DNA from: a virus
IMG/VR virus record: IMGVR_UViG_3300037461_000409
Location: 1 to 64,000 of that record
DNA: 64,000 bases
Reading direction: 5' to 3' (one strand)
The notes under the pieces are model-generated. The model ran no database searches. It was given only the letters and a program-made list of their open reading frames with translations, and had not been told where the DNA came from. Shown one piece after another: positions 1-8,752 of the stretch. Made by a program: the position numbers and the translations under genes. Numbering within the stretch: the stretch's first letter is position 1; the number at the start of each line of letters is the position of its first letter.

Positions 1-3000
1 GTTGGTGAACCCAACGACGCACTGAGCCTCCTCCAGATTGCCCGCGCCCTCGAAGTCATCGTGGAACTGGGTCTCGTCCTCGTCCTCCTCGTCTTCGCCC
101 TTCTTCTTCGGGCCCCTGCCCGGGGGCGTGAGAATCAGCCGGTCTTCGAGCTTGCAGAAGCGGTCGATGAACTCTTCGCTGTTGCGCACGCCGATGTCGA
201 TGAACGCCTGGGGGTCGATGTGCTGGAGCATGTTGAACACCTCCAGCGGAGAGTTTTTGGTCGGCGTCGCAGTCAGCAGGTACACCCCGTTCGACGGGTC
301 CTGCTCCCGGACATTGTGCGCCATGTGCTGCATCTTGCGGGCTTGCTTGGACTGGCCCGAGCCGCCAAGGAACTTGGGGTTCTTCCCGAACCTGGACCGC
401 GCGGCGTACAAATTCTTGTAGCAGTTGTGGACCAGCACTCCCTCGGCAAAATAGGTGCGATGGTCATCTACTTCTAGGTTGAAAACCACACCGCCTGGGC
501 ACAGCCCTCCAAACGTTCCATCACCTGTCGGTTCGAGAACCTCAACACTCGCCACCCGCCTTGGCTCAAGAACCTGTCCTTCTTCTGGTCTTGGGCCCGC
601 CGGATATGGGATCGATGCGATTCTCCGTCCACTTCCACGGCGATCATCAGCCCCGGATGAGCGATGTCGATCCGTCCCCGCTGGCGGTGCCATTCCTGGA
701 CTCGCGTCAGGACCAGCATCTCCTTGCACCATTCGCATCGGGCCTTCATAGCTACACCTGTTTTTGTAGAGACTATCCCCTACAAGAACATCCCGAGCAA
801 GAACGTATCCATCGGGCGTGAAGATCGGATGTGCTCCCGTGCAAATCACGGTTGTCCCATCGTCGAGCGTCAAGCGCCGCAAGCTGTCGGGAACCTGAAT
901 TTGGACGTTGGCAACGCGAGCCATGACAACGCGGCCCGTGGCGTGATCGAATGCACTCACAAGATCCCCGCGGCGCAGCGTCTCGATTGGTCGGCCGTCG
1001 ATCAGGGTGCCGGAAGGAAAGCAATGAGCCTCATCTGCGATCAGGGTGTCGACCCCCAGATCCTCCCAGAACACCATGTCCATCTGGTGCTGGAACTTCT
1101 GCTGGAGCTTGTCCTGGGCCCAGGACGCCTTGAGCTTCTCGATCCGCTTGTCGGCCGTCTGCTGCTGCTTCGAGCCCTCGACGATCTTGTCAATGCGAGC
1201 GCCGCGCTGGTACCAGAAGTCCTCTTTCTCATAGCGTTCGATGGTGTCGTGCTTGAGCGGGATTCGCTCGAAAGCGGGCTTGGTGCAGACGATCAGGTCA
1301 TACTCGTTCTGCTTGACCGAGGCCAGCTTGCGGTTGCGCTCGGTATCATCGTCCGAGGCGGTCGACCAGCTGTTGGCCTCGACGTACTTGTCAAACGCTT
1401 CCCCGGATAGGCCCTGAGCCCGGGCTTCGGTCTCGGCCTTCTTTTTCGCCGCCCGTGACTGCGCGCGATGCTCGCCTATGACCAGCACGCGCGAGCCAGG
1501 AAACAGGGTCTCGATCTCTTCCTTCCAGTTGGTGGCGACGCTTTTCGGCACCACTACCATCGGCCGGCGGGCGAGCCCCTGCTGCTTGCGCAAACGCGCG
1601 AGCAAAATCGCGATGAAGGTCTTTCCCAGGCCCACGTCCTGACCGAGGATCCCCCTGCCGGTCTCGGCCGCCCAACGGACAGCGGTGTTCTGGTAGTCGT
1701 GCGGCACCACGCCCGTGGCTATTCCCTCAAGCCCCAGGGGGTCGCCGCTGTACTCGCGCCTGAACTCGGCGTTGAACGTCCGGTTGTAGAGCTCCTCCAG
1801 TTTTCCCCGGAGGTCGCTGGCCTTGATCCACTCATTGAAGCCCTTTTCAACATGCTCCTCCACGTCCCGGCATTTCTCTTTCTTGAGCGAAAGCCGGTTC
1901 ATGTACTTGAGCCAGTCGGTACCATCCGAGGAATGTCTGGCTACGTCTCCCGCGGCGTTCAGGACTTCGAGCGTGTAGACCCCCTGGTCATAGACCAGAC
2001 GCACTCGCTTGCCTTCCTCGCGCCATCCCAGGGCCTGCTTTTTCCCCTCGGGCGTGTTCAGCCAGCGGTTGAACCAGTCCAGGGGCATCCAGCCCATGAC
2101 CCGCAGCTGGAGGGGGATGTCATCGATGGAGCGACGCCTGGTATCCAGCCGCTTCCGGATAAGGTCCACCTGTCGTTCTACCTGAGCCCGTTCAGATCCC
2201 TCCAACCCGGCCATACGGGTGGTCTCGCGGTCCAGCTTCTCGTAGAGGTTCCCCGTGAGGTAATCCTCCATGTGCTGGATCGCGCCGTCGGCCGTGCCAT
2301 CGGTGGCGTAGTCGCCCGACTTGAGCAACCGCGAACGCGCGTCGTCTTCGCTTTCCCACCCTTCCCAGTTGTGCTGCAGATCCTCGAACGGGACATACCC
2401 GCGGTTGCGGCGCGCGGTGTAGGCGGCTACCGACAAGAGGTCGGCTTTGTCCACTTCCGCGGCCTTGAGCGTCACGGCCGCGTCCTTCGAGAGCAGATCC
2501 GATAGCTCGCCGTTGGAATCGACGCAGGCCATGAAGTCGATCAGCGTCGGGGCGCTCTTGGAGAGCACGCCCAGGGCTCGATGAGAACCGGGGATACCGT
2601 TCTCCTTCACCCACGCTCGCACCTTATCCGCCACCCGACGCCGAATTGCGCGGGACTTGTAGAACTCTCCCGCGTCGCGGGCGCGGATAAGCTCCTGAAG
2701 CTCAACCGCGATCTCGTGCGCCTGTTTGATTGCGGCGTCACCGCTCTTGGTGATTATCTGACTGACATCGTCCACCGACTCCATCAGCGTCCACTTCGGC
2801 GGTTCGCCGATGTAGATGTAGCGTCTGCTGTCGATGGTCTGGGTGTTCCCCAGCGCCGGCGGCACGGCCGCCACGTCGATGTCCGCCTGGGCGGCCTGGA
2901 GCGAGACTTTCATCTGCTCGATCTCGCCCAGCTGATCGGCGGTGACTGGCTTGGCCGCGGGGTCGACGTACTTGCTGTCGATCTTGGCCTTGGTTAGGTC

Positions 3001-5790
3001 GCGCAGCGCCGCCGGGACCTTGTCCGCGTCTCCGATCACGGTCGCACGCCACCCGGTTTCGTCCGCGGTCAGGGCCTTGCCCAGAATCCGATCCGGATGC
3101 TTCTCGAAGTAGTCCCCGTCTACTAGCTGCTGATCCCAGCATCCCAGACCCTCCATCACCCCCTGCAGCTCCCCGCGGGCTTGGGAGTAGGCCAGGGCCC
3201 TCCCCGCCAGATCGTCGCGCTTGCGCACTACCAGCACGTCCGCGCCAATGCCACAGTGGACATGAGCGAAGATGTCGTTGGGCAGCCTGAAAGCGTCCAG
3301 TACCTCGGCCCGGGCGAGCAGGCGCTCGCGGAAGTCGCAGGCTCCTGGAGACCGGTTTCCCATCACCCCGCCATGGATCAGCAGCACCGCCACACCGCCG
3401 TCCTTCATGTGGTCGAGGCTGGTGTCGATGAAATACTGATCGGCGCTCTTGTACTCGGGCTTGTGCCGCGGGATGTCCCCGGTCCGGGTGCAGTAGGGGG
3501 GGTTGGCGATCACGGCATCGAACTGGGGTGGGGTGCCCATGCGCTCGATGGTGAACTGCTCGAACGCCTTGCTCTCTATCGTATGGCCCTTGTGCGCGTG
3601 GAGCACCTCGGCCACGGCCGCAGCCTGGTCGTCGAGCTCGACGCCCGTGACCTTGACCCCCTTGGGCGCGGTCTGCAGAAACACTCCGCTGCCGCACGAT
3701 GGCTCAAGCACCGTCTGCACGTTCTGCTGGTAGGCCCCCATCACGTCCCACATGGCCTCGGCGATGTCCGTCCGGGTGTAGAACTGGTTTAGGTCACCGC
3801 TGATGCCGCCCTTGCCCGTGTAGCTCGCGACCTTCACCGCCTCGGCATCGGTCAACCCGCGGCCCTCGGCCCGGGCCTTCATCACGATCTTGACCGCCTC
3901 GTCATTGGCTTCACGGCGCTGGCCCTTGGTCCGGTCCTTGGACATGGCCTCCGCGACCTGCTCCTCCTGTTTCTCCTGAGCCGGCTGGGGCGCGGGAACG
4001 GGCTTAGGCGCTTCCTCGGGGTCGCCCGGCTCGGGCGCGTGCTGGATTGCCTGCTTGTCGGGATACCAATACTCGTAGTGGTCCCCGTGCCGTCGGCGGT
4101 ACCCGCCGTGCTTGCCGCGGGGGATCATCTCCCATCCCCCCCCGGGGGGGCGCGCGGCGCCGAACCCGAACATCCCCAGCTGACGTGGGTTGGCTGCCCG
4201 CCGGGCCTTTTCAAGGTCCAGGATCAGACGCGGTCCGTGGAGGTCAAGCACCAGGCGCATGCCGCCGTGGAGCATGCTCTTGATCACCGTCGGAATCTGG
4301 TCTTCTCCCTTGGAAGCCTTCTCACGATGCTTTCGCTCCACTTCTACTTCCTTGGCGATGATCTCCGATGCTGGATGTTTCTTCTTGTCGACATTGACCC
4401 AATGCCCGTCCTGGGTGTGGTTCCACCACTGGCGGTAGGCCATCGGCTGCCGATCCTTCCAGCTGATGATCATCCGGCGATCCCGCCCCTGGGTGAAGAT
4501 CGTGTCGGCGTGCTTGTCGGTCCTTTCGACCACACGCCAGTGCGCTGGGATGTTCAGTGCCTCGCGCAGTCCCTGGGCGGTAGTCGGAATCTCTCCGTGC
4601 AGTTTTTCGGCCTGGTAGAGCGCCTCCACCGCCGCCGCGAACCTGTCCTTCATCTCCTCCGGACTTCCCGACATCCTCGAAGCAAAAGCATCCACAACCG
4701 CCCCGCGGGCCATGCCAACGTCCTCGTGCTTGAGCTTGCCGGCCTCCACCATCGTCCTCACTCGGGCAAGCCGATGCTCGCGGATGTGCTGACGTCCCTT
4801 GTCCGACACGACCACCATCACATTGCCCGGACCAAAGTGAGCCCGCCCGGTGGTGCCCCTCTCGGTGACGCGCAGGTACCCCTGGTCGATCAGCCGCGCG
4901 TACTTCCGCTCCTCCACGTTGACCTGTCCCCAGTTGGCAAAGTCGAACAGCGTCTTCTTCTCTTCGTCAGTCAAGCTCTCCGGAACTGCGGCGGGCGGCT
5001 CTCGCAGCTGACGGGCTCGATCAACAGCGGCAGCGTAGGATGAGAACCCGCCTTCCACCTTCCCCCAGTTTCCTCCGGGCGGCCTGGCATCCAGTCGGAA
5101 GCTCTTGGGCGCGCCCGAGCCTGGGATGTGCTCGCTCTGCACCCGGTAGAGCGTCGGCCCTTTTTCTCCAAGCATCATCTGCTGGCCGCTATGGCCGCCG
5201 CCGCGAGGCTTGACCGGGGCGCCAATGGCGCGGTGGACCTCCACCTGTTCTTCGTAGGTCGTGGCGGTGTAGCGGGGCTTGGAAGTCGGCCGGATCTTGT
5301 TCTTGGGCCCCTTGTCCGTGTAGGTCGTGACCGACTCACCCACGGGCACGTACTCGAACACCTGGCCACCGGGCGCCATCTCCCGGTCCTCCAGCGTGGC
5401 CGCCGCGAGCTCTTTGGGATTGACCCACTGGACGATCTGGTAACCGTGAGGCGCAAGGTCAGAGAACTTGCTCACCGCCCGATGCGTCCGCTTGAGCTCC
5501 GCTCGCGGGATCGCCGCCGGAGTCGGTGGCCCCGCTGGCGGTGCGGGAGGCGGATTCGACTCCTGCACCACAACCGGTTCCTTGGGCGCCGCCGACCCGG
5601 ATCCGGCATCCCCTGGGTGCGGGACGCTGGTCGTTCCGGTATCGAAATACCAGTAGATGTACCCCGCCCCATGGCGCTTGTGGTAGCCACCGCGCTTCGA
5701 TCCGGGAATGGGAGAGAAACCAGCCGGTGCCTTTGCTCGGCCGAACAGACTGAGTTGCTCGGCCTTGATCAGATCCAGCAACAGACGCAT
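1..5790 (-). CDS. Giant DarB-like polyvalent protein (N6-adenine DNA methyltransferase + SNF2 helicase), intein-containing, 3' end outside the window
   Basis: Manual translation from ATG at 5790 (TGATG overlap with the upstream stop) stays open to position 1, so it is absent from the ORF track. Motifs: YTGKGG..LNQFYT, VLEPSCGSG (~3700), ANPPY (~3500), QDVGLGKT (~1630), VVVPKSV..NW, LGVDTLIADEAH (~1030), LLTATPTKNSPLEVFNML (~270). Confidence 0.9.
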   Translation of the reverse strand, partial: MRLLLDLIKAEQLSLFGRAKAPAGFSPIPGSKRGGYHKRHGAGYIYWYFDTGTTSVPHPGDAGSGSAAPKEPVVVQESNPPPAPPAGPPTPAAIPRAELKRTHRAVSKFSDLAPHGYQIVQWVNPKELAAATLEDREMAPGGQVFEYVPVGESVTTYTDKGPKNKIRPTSKPRYTATTYEEQVEVHRAIGAPVKPRGGGHSGQQMMLGEKGPTLYRVQSEHIPGSGAPKSFRLDARPPGGNWGKVEGGFSSYAAAVDRARQLREPPAAVPESLTDEEKKTLFDFANWGQVNVEERKYARLIDQGYLRVTERGTTGRAHFGPGNVMVVVSDKGRQHIREHRLARVRTMVEAGKLKHEDVGMARGAVVDAFASRMSGSPEEMKDRFAAAVEALYQAEKLHGEIPTTAQGLREALNIPAHWRVVERTDKHADTIFTQGRDRRMIISWKDRQPMAYRQWWNHTQDGHWVNVDKKKHPASEIIAKEVEVERKHREKASKGEDQIPTVIKSMLHGGMRLVLDLHGPRLILDLEKARRAANPRQLGMFGFGAARPPGGGWEMIPRGKHGGYRRRHGDHYEYWYPDKQAIQHAPEPGDPEEAPKPVPAPQPAQEKQEEQVAEAMSKDRTKGQRREANDEAVKIVMKARAEGRGLTDAEAVKVASYTGKGGISGDLNQFYTRTDIAEAMWDVMGAYQQNVQTVLEPSCGSGVFLQTAPKGVKVTGVELDDQAAAVAEVLHAHKGHTIESKAFEQFTIERMGTPPQFDAVIANPPYCTRTGDIPRHKPEYKSADQYFIDTSLDHMKDGGVAVLLIHGGVMGNRSPGACDFRERLLARAEVLDAFRLPNDIFAHVHCGIGADVLVVRKRDDLAGRALAYSQARGELQGVMEGLGCWDQQLVDGDYFEKHPDRILGKALTADETGWRATVIGDADKVPAALRDLTKAKIDSKYVDPAAKPVTADQLGEIEQMKVSLQAAQADIDVAAVPPALGNTQTIDSRRYIYIGEPPKWTLMESVDDVSQIITKSGDAAIKQAHEIAVELQELIRARDAGEFYKSRAIRRRVADKVRAWVKENGIPGSHRALGVLSKSAPTLIDFMACVDSNGELSDLLSKDAAVTLKAAEVDKADLLSVAAYTARRNRGYVPFEDLQHNWEGWESEDDARSRLLKSGDYATDGTADGAIQHMEDYLTGNLYEKLDRETTRMAGLEGSERAQVERQVDLIRKRLDTRRRSIDDIPLQLRVMGWMPLDWFNRWLNTPEGKKQALGWREEGKRVRLVYDQGVYTLEVLNAAGDVARHSSDGTDWLKYMNRLSLKKEKCRDVEEHVEKGFNEWIKASDLRGKLEELYNRTFNAEFRREYSGDPLGLEGIATGVVPHDYQNTAVRWAAETGRGILGQDVGLGKTFIAILLARLRKQQGLARRPMVVVPKSVATNWKEEIETLFPGSRVLVIGEHRAQSRAAKKKAETEARAQGLSGEAFDKYVEANSWSTASDDDTERNRKLASVKQNEYDLIVCTKPAFERIPLKHDTIERYEKEDFWYQRGARIDKIVEGSKQQQTADKRIEKLKASWAQDKLQQKFQHQMDMVFWEDLGVDTLIADEAHCFPSGTLIDGRPIETLRRGDLVSAFDHATGRVVMARVANVQIQVPDSLRRLTLDDGTTVICTGAHPIFTPDGYVLARDVLVGDSLYKNRCSYEGPMRMVQGDAGPDASPGMAPPAGTDRHRSSGADDRRGSGRRIASIPYPAGPRPEEGQVLEPRRVASVEVLEPTGDGTFGGLCPGGVVFNLEVDDHRTYFAEGVLVHNCYKNLYAARSRFGKNPKFLGGSGQSKQARKMQHMAHNVREQDPSNGVYLLTATPTKNSPLEVFNMLQHIDPQAFIDIGVRNSEEFIDRFCKLEDRLILTPPGRGPKKKGEDEEDEDETQFHDDFEGAGNLEEAQCVVGFTN
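424..1023 (-). mobile_element. Intein (200 aa) inserted immediately after helicase motif II (DEAH)
   Basis: Begins CFPSGTLI, has block B ICTGAHPIFT, and ends VFNLEVDDHRTYFAEGVLVHN followed by +1 Cys (421-423). Removal restores DEAH-CYKNL. Confidence 0.93.
474..749 (-). CDS. DUF559/Vsr-like endonuclease nested out of frame inside the intein
   Basis: RIDIAHP..MIAVEVDGESH......DQKKDRFL...GWRVLRFSN matches the DUF559 pattern. Frame differs from the intein. AGGTG lies 5 nt before the ATG. Confidence 0.8.
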   Translation of the reverse strand: MKARCEWCKEMLVLTRVQEWHRQRGRIDIAHPGLMIAVEVDGESHRSHIRRAQDQKKDRFLSQGGWRVLRFSNRQVMERLEGCAQAVWFST

Positions 5791-8633
5791 CACTGGCGAA
5801 CCTCCCCGGCCGTCATCGCGACCAGCGCCTTGACGATCCCGCGCACGGACTTTTCGTTCACGGCCGCCAGACCCGCGGCCAGCTGCGGATCGGCAAGCGC
5901 GGCCTGCTGGGCATCGTCCAGCACCCGTCGCACCACCTGATCCAGGCGCACCGCCGGCGCCCGGCCGGCCAGGGTCGCCCGATGCACCTCGGCCTGCACC
6001 AGCCATCGGGCGTGGTGGATGGCACGGTTCAGCAGGGCGTTCCCTCCAACGGCCTTGATCAAGGTCGGGCGCGAACGGTCGGACGCCGCGAACAGCGCCC
6101 CCTGGTCTCGGTCGGCCTCTGCCTGGAGCTTGTCCAATCGCTTGCGCTCGCGCTCGGCGTCCTTCTCGGCCCGGGCAGCTTCCTTTGCCGCGGTTTCCCG
6201 TTCTCGCTTCTCTGCCGCCCGCGCGGGAGACATACCGAACTCGATGTCCAGCGCCTCGGCCGGCGTCACGCGAGTCCGCCCGAACCCGGCCAGCACTCCC
6301 ACGCCCCCCCGGGCCCCCTCGGAGAACGCATGATCCTCATGGTCCTGGACAGAGCGCAGGGCAAAGCCGCGGAAAGCCGCCGGCATCTTGGTCGTGCCGA
6401 CGTGTTCGCGGATGATGGTCAGGAGGGCCTTGGCCACGGGGTCCGCGTGGATGCGCTTGGACAGGTCCAGCCCCGAGCTGCCGATCTCCGTCTGCTGCAG
6501 GAACTCCCGATGCGCGACCTTCGCGCCCTTGTCCGACGTGGCCCGGATGTGCAGGTCGGCCTCGACGGCAAGCTTCAAGGACTCGGCGATGGGCCAGCCA
6601 TGCTGCTCGGCAACCACCAGGCTGGGAGTTGATAGCGCGAGCGACTCGCGGAGCGTGGGATTCATGCGCTCCAGGATATCCGCGTCGGGCACCAGCCTCG
6701 CGGCCATCACCCGCTCGACCCGCCGGCGACCGTCCTCGTTCAGTAGCGTCCCCCTGCCACCGTTTTCGATGTACTGGGCCTTGTTGTAGTCGTCGATGAT
6801 TCCGGCCTGACGCAGTGACCTGACGAAGTCCTCGCTCGCCTTGGAGTACAGGAACTCCGAGAGCGTCTGGTCTGGCTCGATTGCTCCGACCAGCGCGTCC
6901 GTGACGTGCGAGGTTACGAACTGCGCGACCGCCACCTCCTCGCTGCGCGGGTCAAGCCCCTGGGTCAGCGCCTCGTTCATCCGCCGGCCCAAGAGCTTGA
7001 GCTTGGCGTTCTTCTCCCCGGGGTCCTTGACCGTCATCCTCCTGACAATCATCGGTTGCTTCATCGCCCGCACGTCCGCGGCGCTCACGCCGTACTTCCG
7101 GGCGTTGGCCACGAGGTACGACCGGAGCTTCTCGGCGCTGTCGGGGTACTCGCGGTAGGAGCGTTGGATCGCCATCGCCCGGCCGTTGCCGCCAAGAACC
7201 ACGCGGTCCTGGGTGATGATCGGCGGACCGTTCACGGCATCGGGGTTGGTGTTGATCATGATCGCCGGGTCCAGGTTCTTGGCGATCCGGTCCACCTTCT
7301 CCTGCTCGGCCGTGATCGCGTGGTAGCGGCGCTCCTGGACGTTTTCGGGATAGGCCGGATTCTGGGGGAAGTGCCCGAGGGCCTCGGGCTTGTGGCTGGC
7401 GATCAGATCCGAGGCGTCCATCAGCACGTACTCGGCCTGGACGTTGTCGATTCCCTTGCCGTCAGCAGAACGCAGCTTGACCGAGGTTTCCTCCCCCTTC
7501 ACTTCCCGCTGGCGGCCGGCCTCGCGCTTGCGCTTGCTCACAAGGCAGAAGCCGTTGGGCTGCTTCATCACCGCCCACTCGCGGTCCCCGCCCATGGCCG
7601 CCGCCTGGGCCTCCAGCTCGGCCGCGTCGGGCGAGAACCCTTCGATGTTGTCGTACTCGCCGCGGGCCAAATCGGCCATGCTGATCCGCGCCAGCGGCGC
7701 CGCCTGGGCCTTGCCCTCGGGGGCCTTCTCCGCGGTCGCCTGGCGGTGGTAGCTCTGGACCATCCGGTGGAGGTCTCGCTCGTGGACGTGCGCCTCTCGA
7801 CCACTCTCGTCGTGCTTGACGTGGACGATCCCGCGTTTCTTGTCGTGCGCGAGCACCTCGAAGTGCCCTTCTTTCCCCTCGTGCTTGACTTTGAACTTCG
7901 CGCCCGTCGCCAGATCCTCGGACGACGTGAGCCGGCCCTTGGACGGCAAGCGATAGAAGTAGCGCCACCGCGGCCTGGGCTTGCCGGTGGGGACGCGCTT
8001 CAGGTACTTGTGCCCTGCGGCCTTGCCCACTAGCTCCTCGCCGATGGCTTCTCGGGCCTCCAAGTCATCACCCTCGGCGACCATCCACACCAACTCCGGC
8101 GGCACAGGCTCGGACCGGAGACGGAGCGCCAGGCGCTCGGCCCGGAGGGAGGGCCCGGCGTAGGCCCCGGGGATGTCCCAGGTAAGCAACTCGCCCTCGG
8201 TCGACTTCTGCACCATCACCCGGTCGACACGTCCACCCCACCGATCCGGCCGCGGTGGCGCGCTCGACCGGTAGAGCTCAACGCACCGCCTGGCGATCTC
8301 GGACCGCAGCTGCAGGTCCCGGGGCGCCATCCCGCGCAGCCCGGTGAGCAGGTGCCGACGGAACGTGATCGGGTCTGGCGCTGTCACCCAATCCCTAACA
8401 GCCTCGCCCAGCGCCTGCTCGGCAGCGATGGACAGGCCCAGCCCTCGACTCACGTCATCCGGAGAGCGAACGGGAAAGCCTCCGGGCAAGATCGCCTCGG
8501 GCTCGCGAGACACCTCGGTCAGCCGGGTAAGCGCCGACTGATCGATCATCACCGGCCGGCGCAAGCCGAAGATCAATCGCGGTCCCTGGCCAGCGGTTCC
8601 TGCGCCCAGGGCGCCCGGCAATGATCCGATCAT
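5790..8633 (-). CDS. Polyvalent (probably virion-packaged) protein with a ddrB-like ParB domain
   Basis: YVLMDASDLIASH..NPAYPENVQERRY..LDP...NGPPII..DRVVLGGNGRAMAI..Y. Start placed at ATG 8633 behind GGAGG (the ORF track extends to 8831). Confidence 0.75.
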   Translation of the reverse strand: MIGSLPGALGAGTAGQGPRLIFGLRRPVMIDQSALTRLTEVSREPEAILPGGFPVRSPDDVSRGLGLSIAAEQALGEAVRDWVTAPDPITFRRHLLTGLRGMAPRDLQLRSEIARRCVELYRSSAPPRPDRWGGRVDRVMVQKSTEGELLTWDIPGAYAGPSLRAERLALRLRSEPVPPELVWMVAEGDDLEAREAIGEELVGKAAGHKYLKRVPTGKPRPRWRYFYRLPSKGRLTSSEDLATGAKFKVKHEGKEGHFEVLAHDKKRGIVHVKHDESGREAHVHERDLHRMVQSYHRQATAEKAPEGKAQAAPLARISMADLARGEYDNIEGFSPDAAELEAQAAAMGGDREWAVMKQPNGFCLVSKRKREAGRQREVKGEETSVKLRSADGKGIDNVQAEYVLMDASDLIASHKPEALGHFPQNPAYPENVQERRYHAITAEQEKVDRIAKNLDPAIMINTNPDAVNGPPIITQDRVVLGGNGRAMAIQRSYREYPDSAEKLRSYLVANARKYGVSAADVRAMKQPMIVRRMTVKDPGEKNAKLKLLGRRMNEALTQGLDPRSEEVAVAQFVTSHVTDALVGAIEPDQTLSEFLYSKASEDFVRSLRQAGIIDDYNKAQYIENGGRGTLLNEDGRRRVERVMAARLVPDADILERMNPTLRESLALSTPSLVVAEQHGWPIAESLKLAVEADLHIRATSDKGAKVAHREFLQQTEIGSSGLDLSKRIHADPVAKALLTIIREHVGTTKMPAAFRGFALRSVQDHEDHAFSEGARGGVGVLAGFGRTRVTPAEALDIEFGMSPARAAEKRERETAAKEAARAEKDAERERKRLDKLQAEADRDQGALFAASDRSRPTLIKAVGGNALLNRAIHHARWLVQAEVHRATLAGRAPAVRLDQVVRRVLDDAQQAALADPQLAAGLAAVNEKSVRGIVKALVAMTAGEVRQ

Positions 8634-8752
8634 CCGAGGTACCTCCGCTTGAAAGAGAGGCGGCCCCCCACCTGACCGCCTCGGTCCCTCCGATGCAGAG
8701 GAAGGAGAGCGGGAACCCTCAGAACCTCGGCACCGGAACACTCCTGACCATG

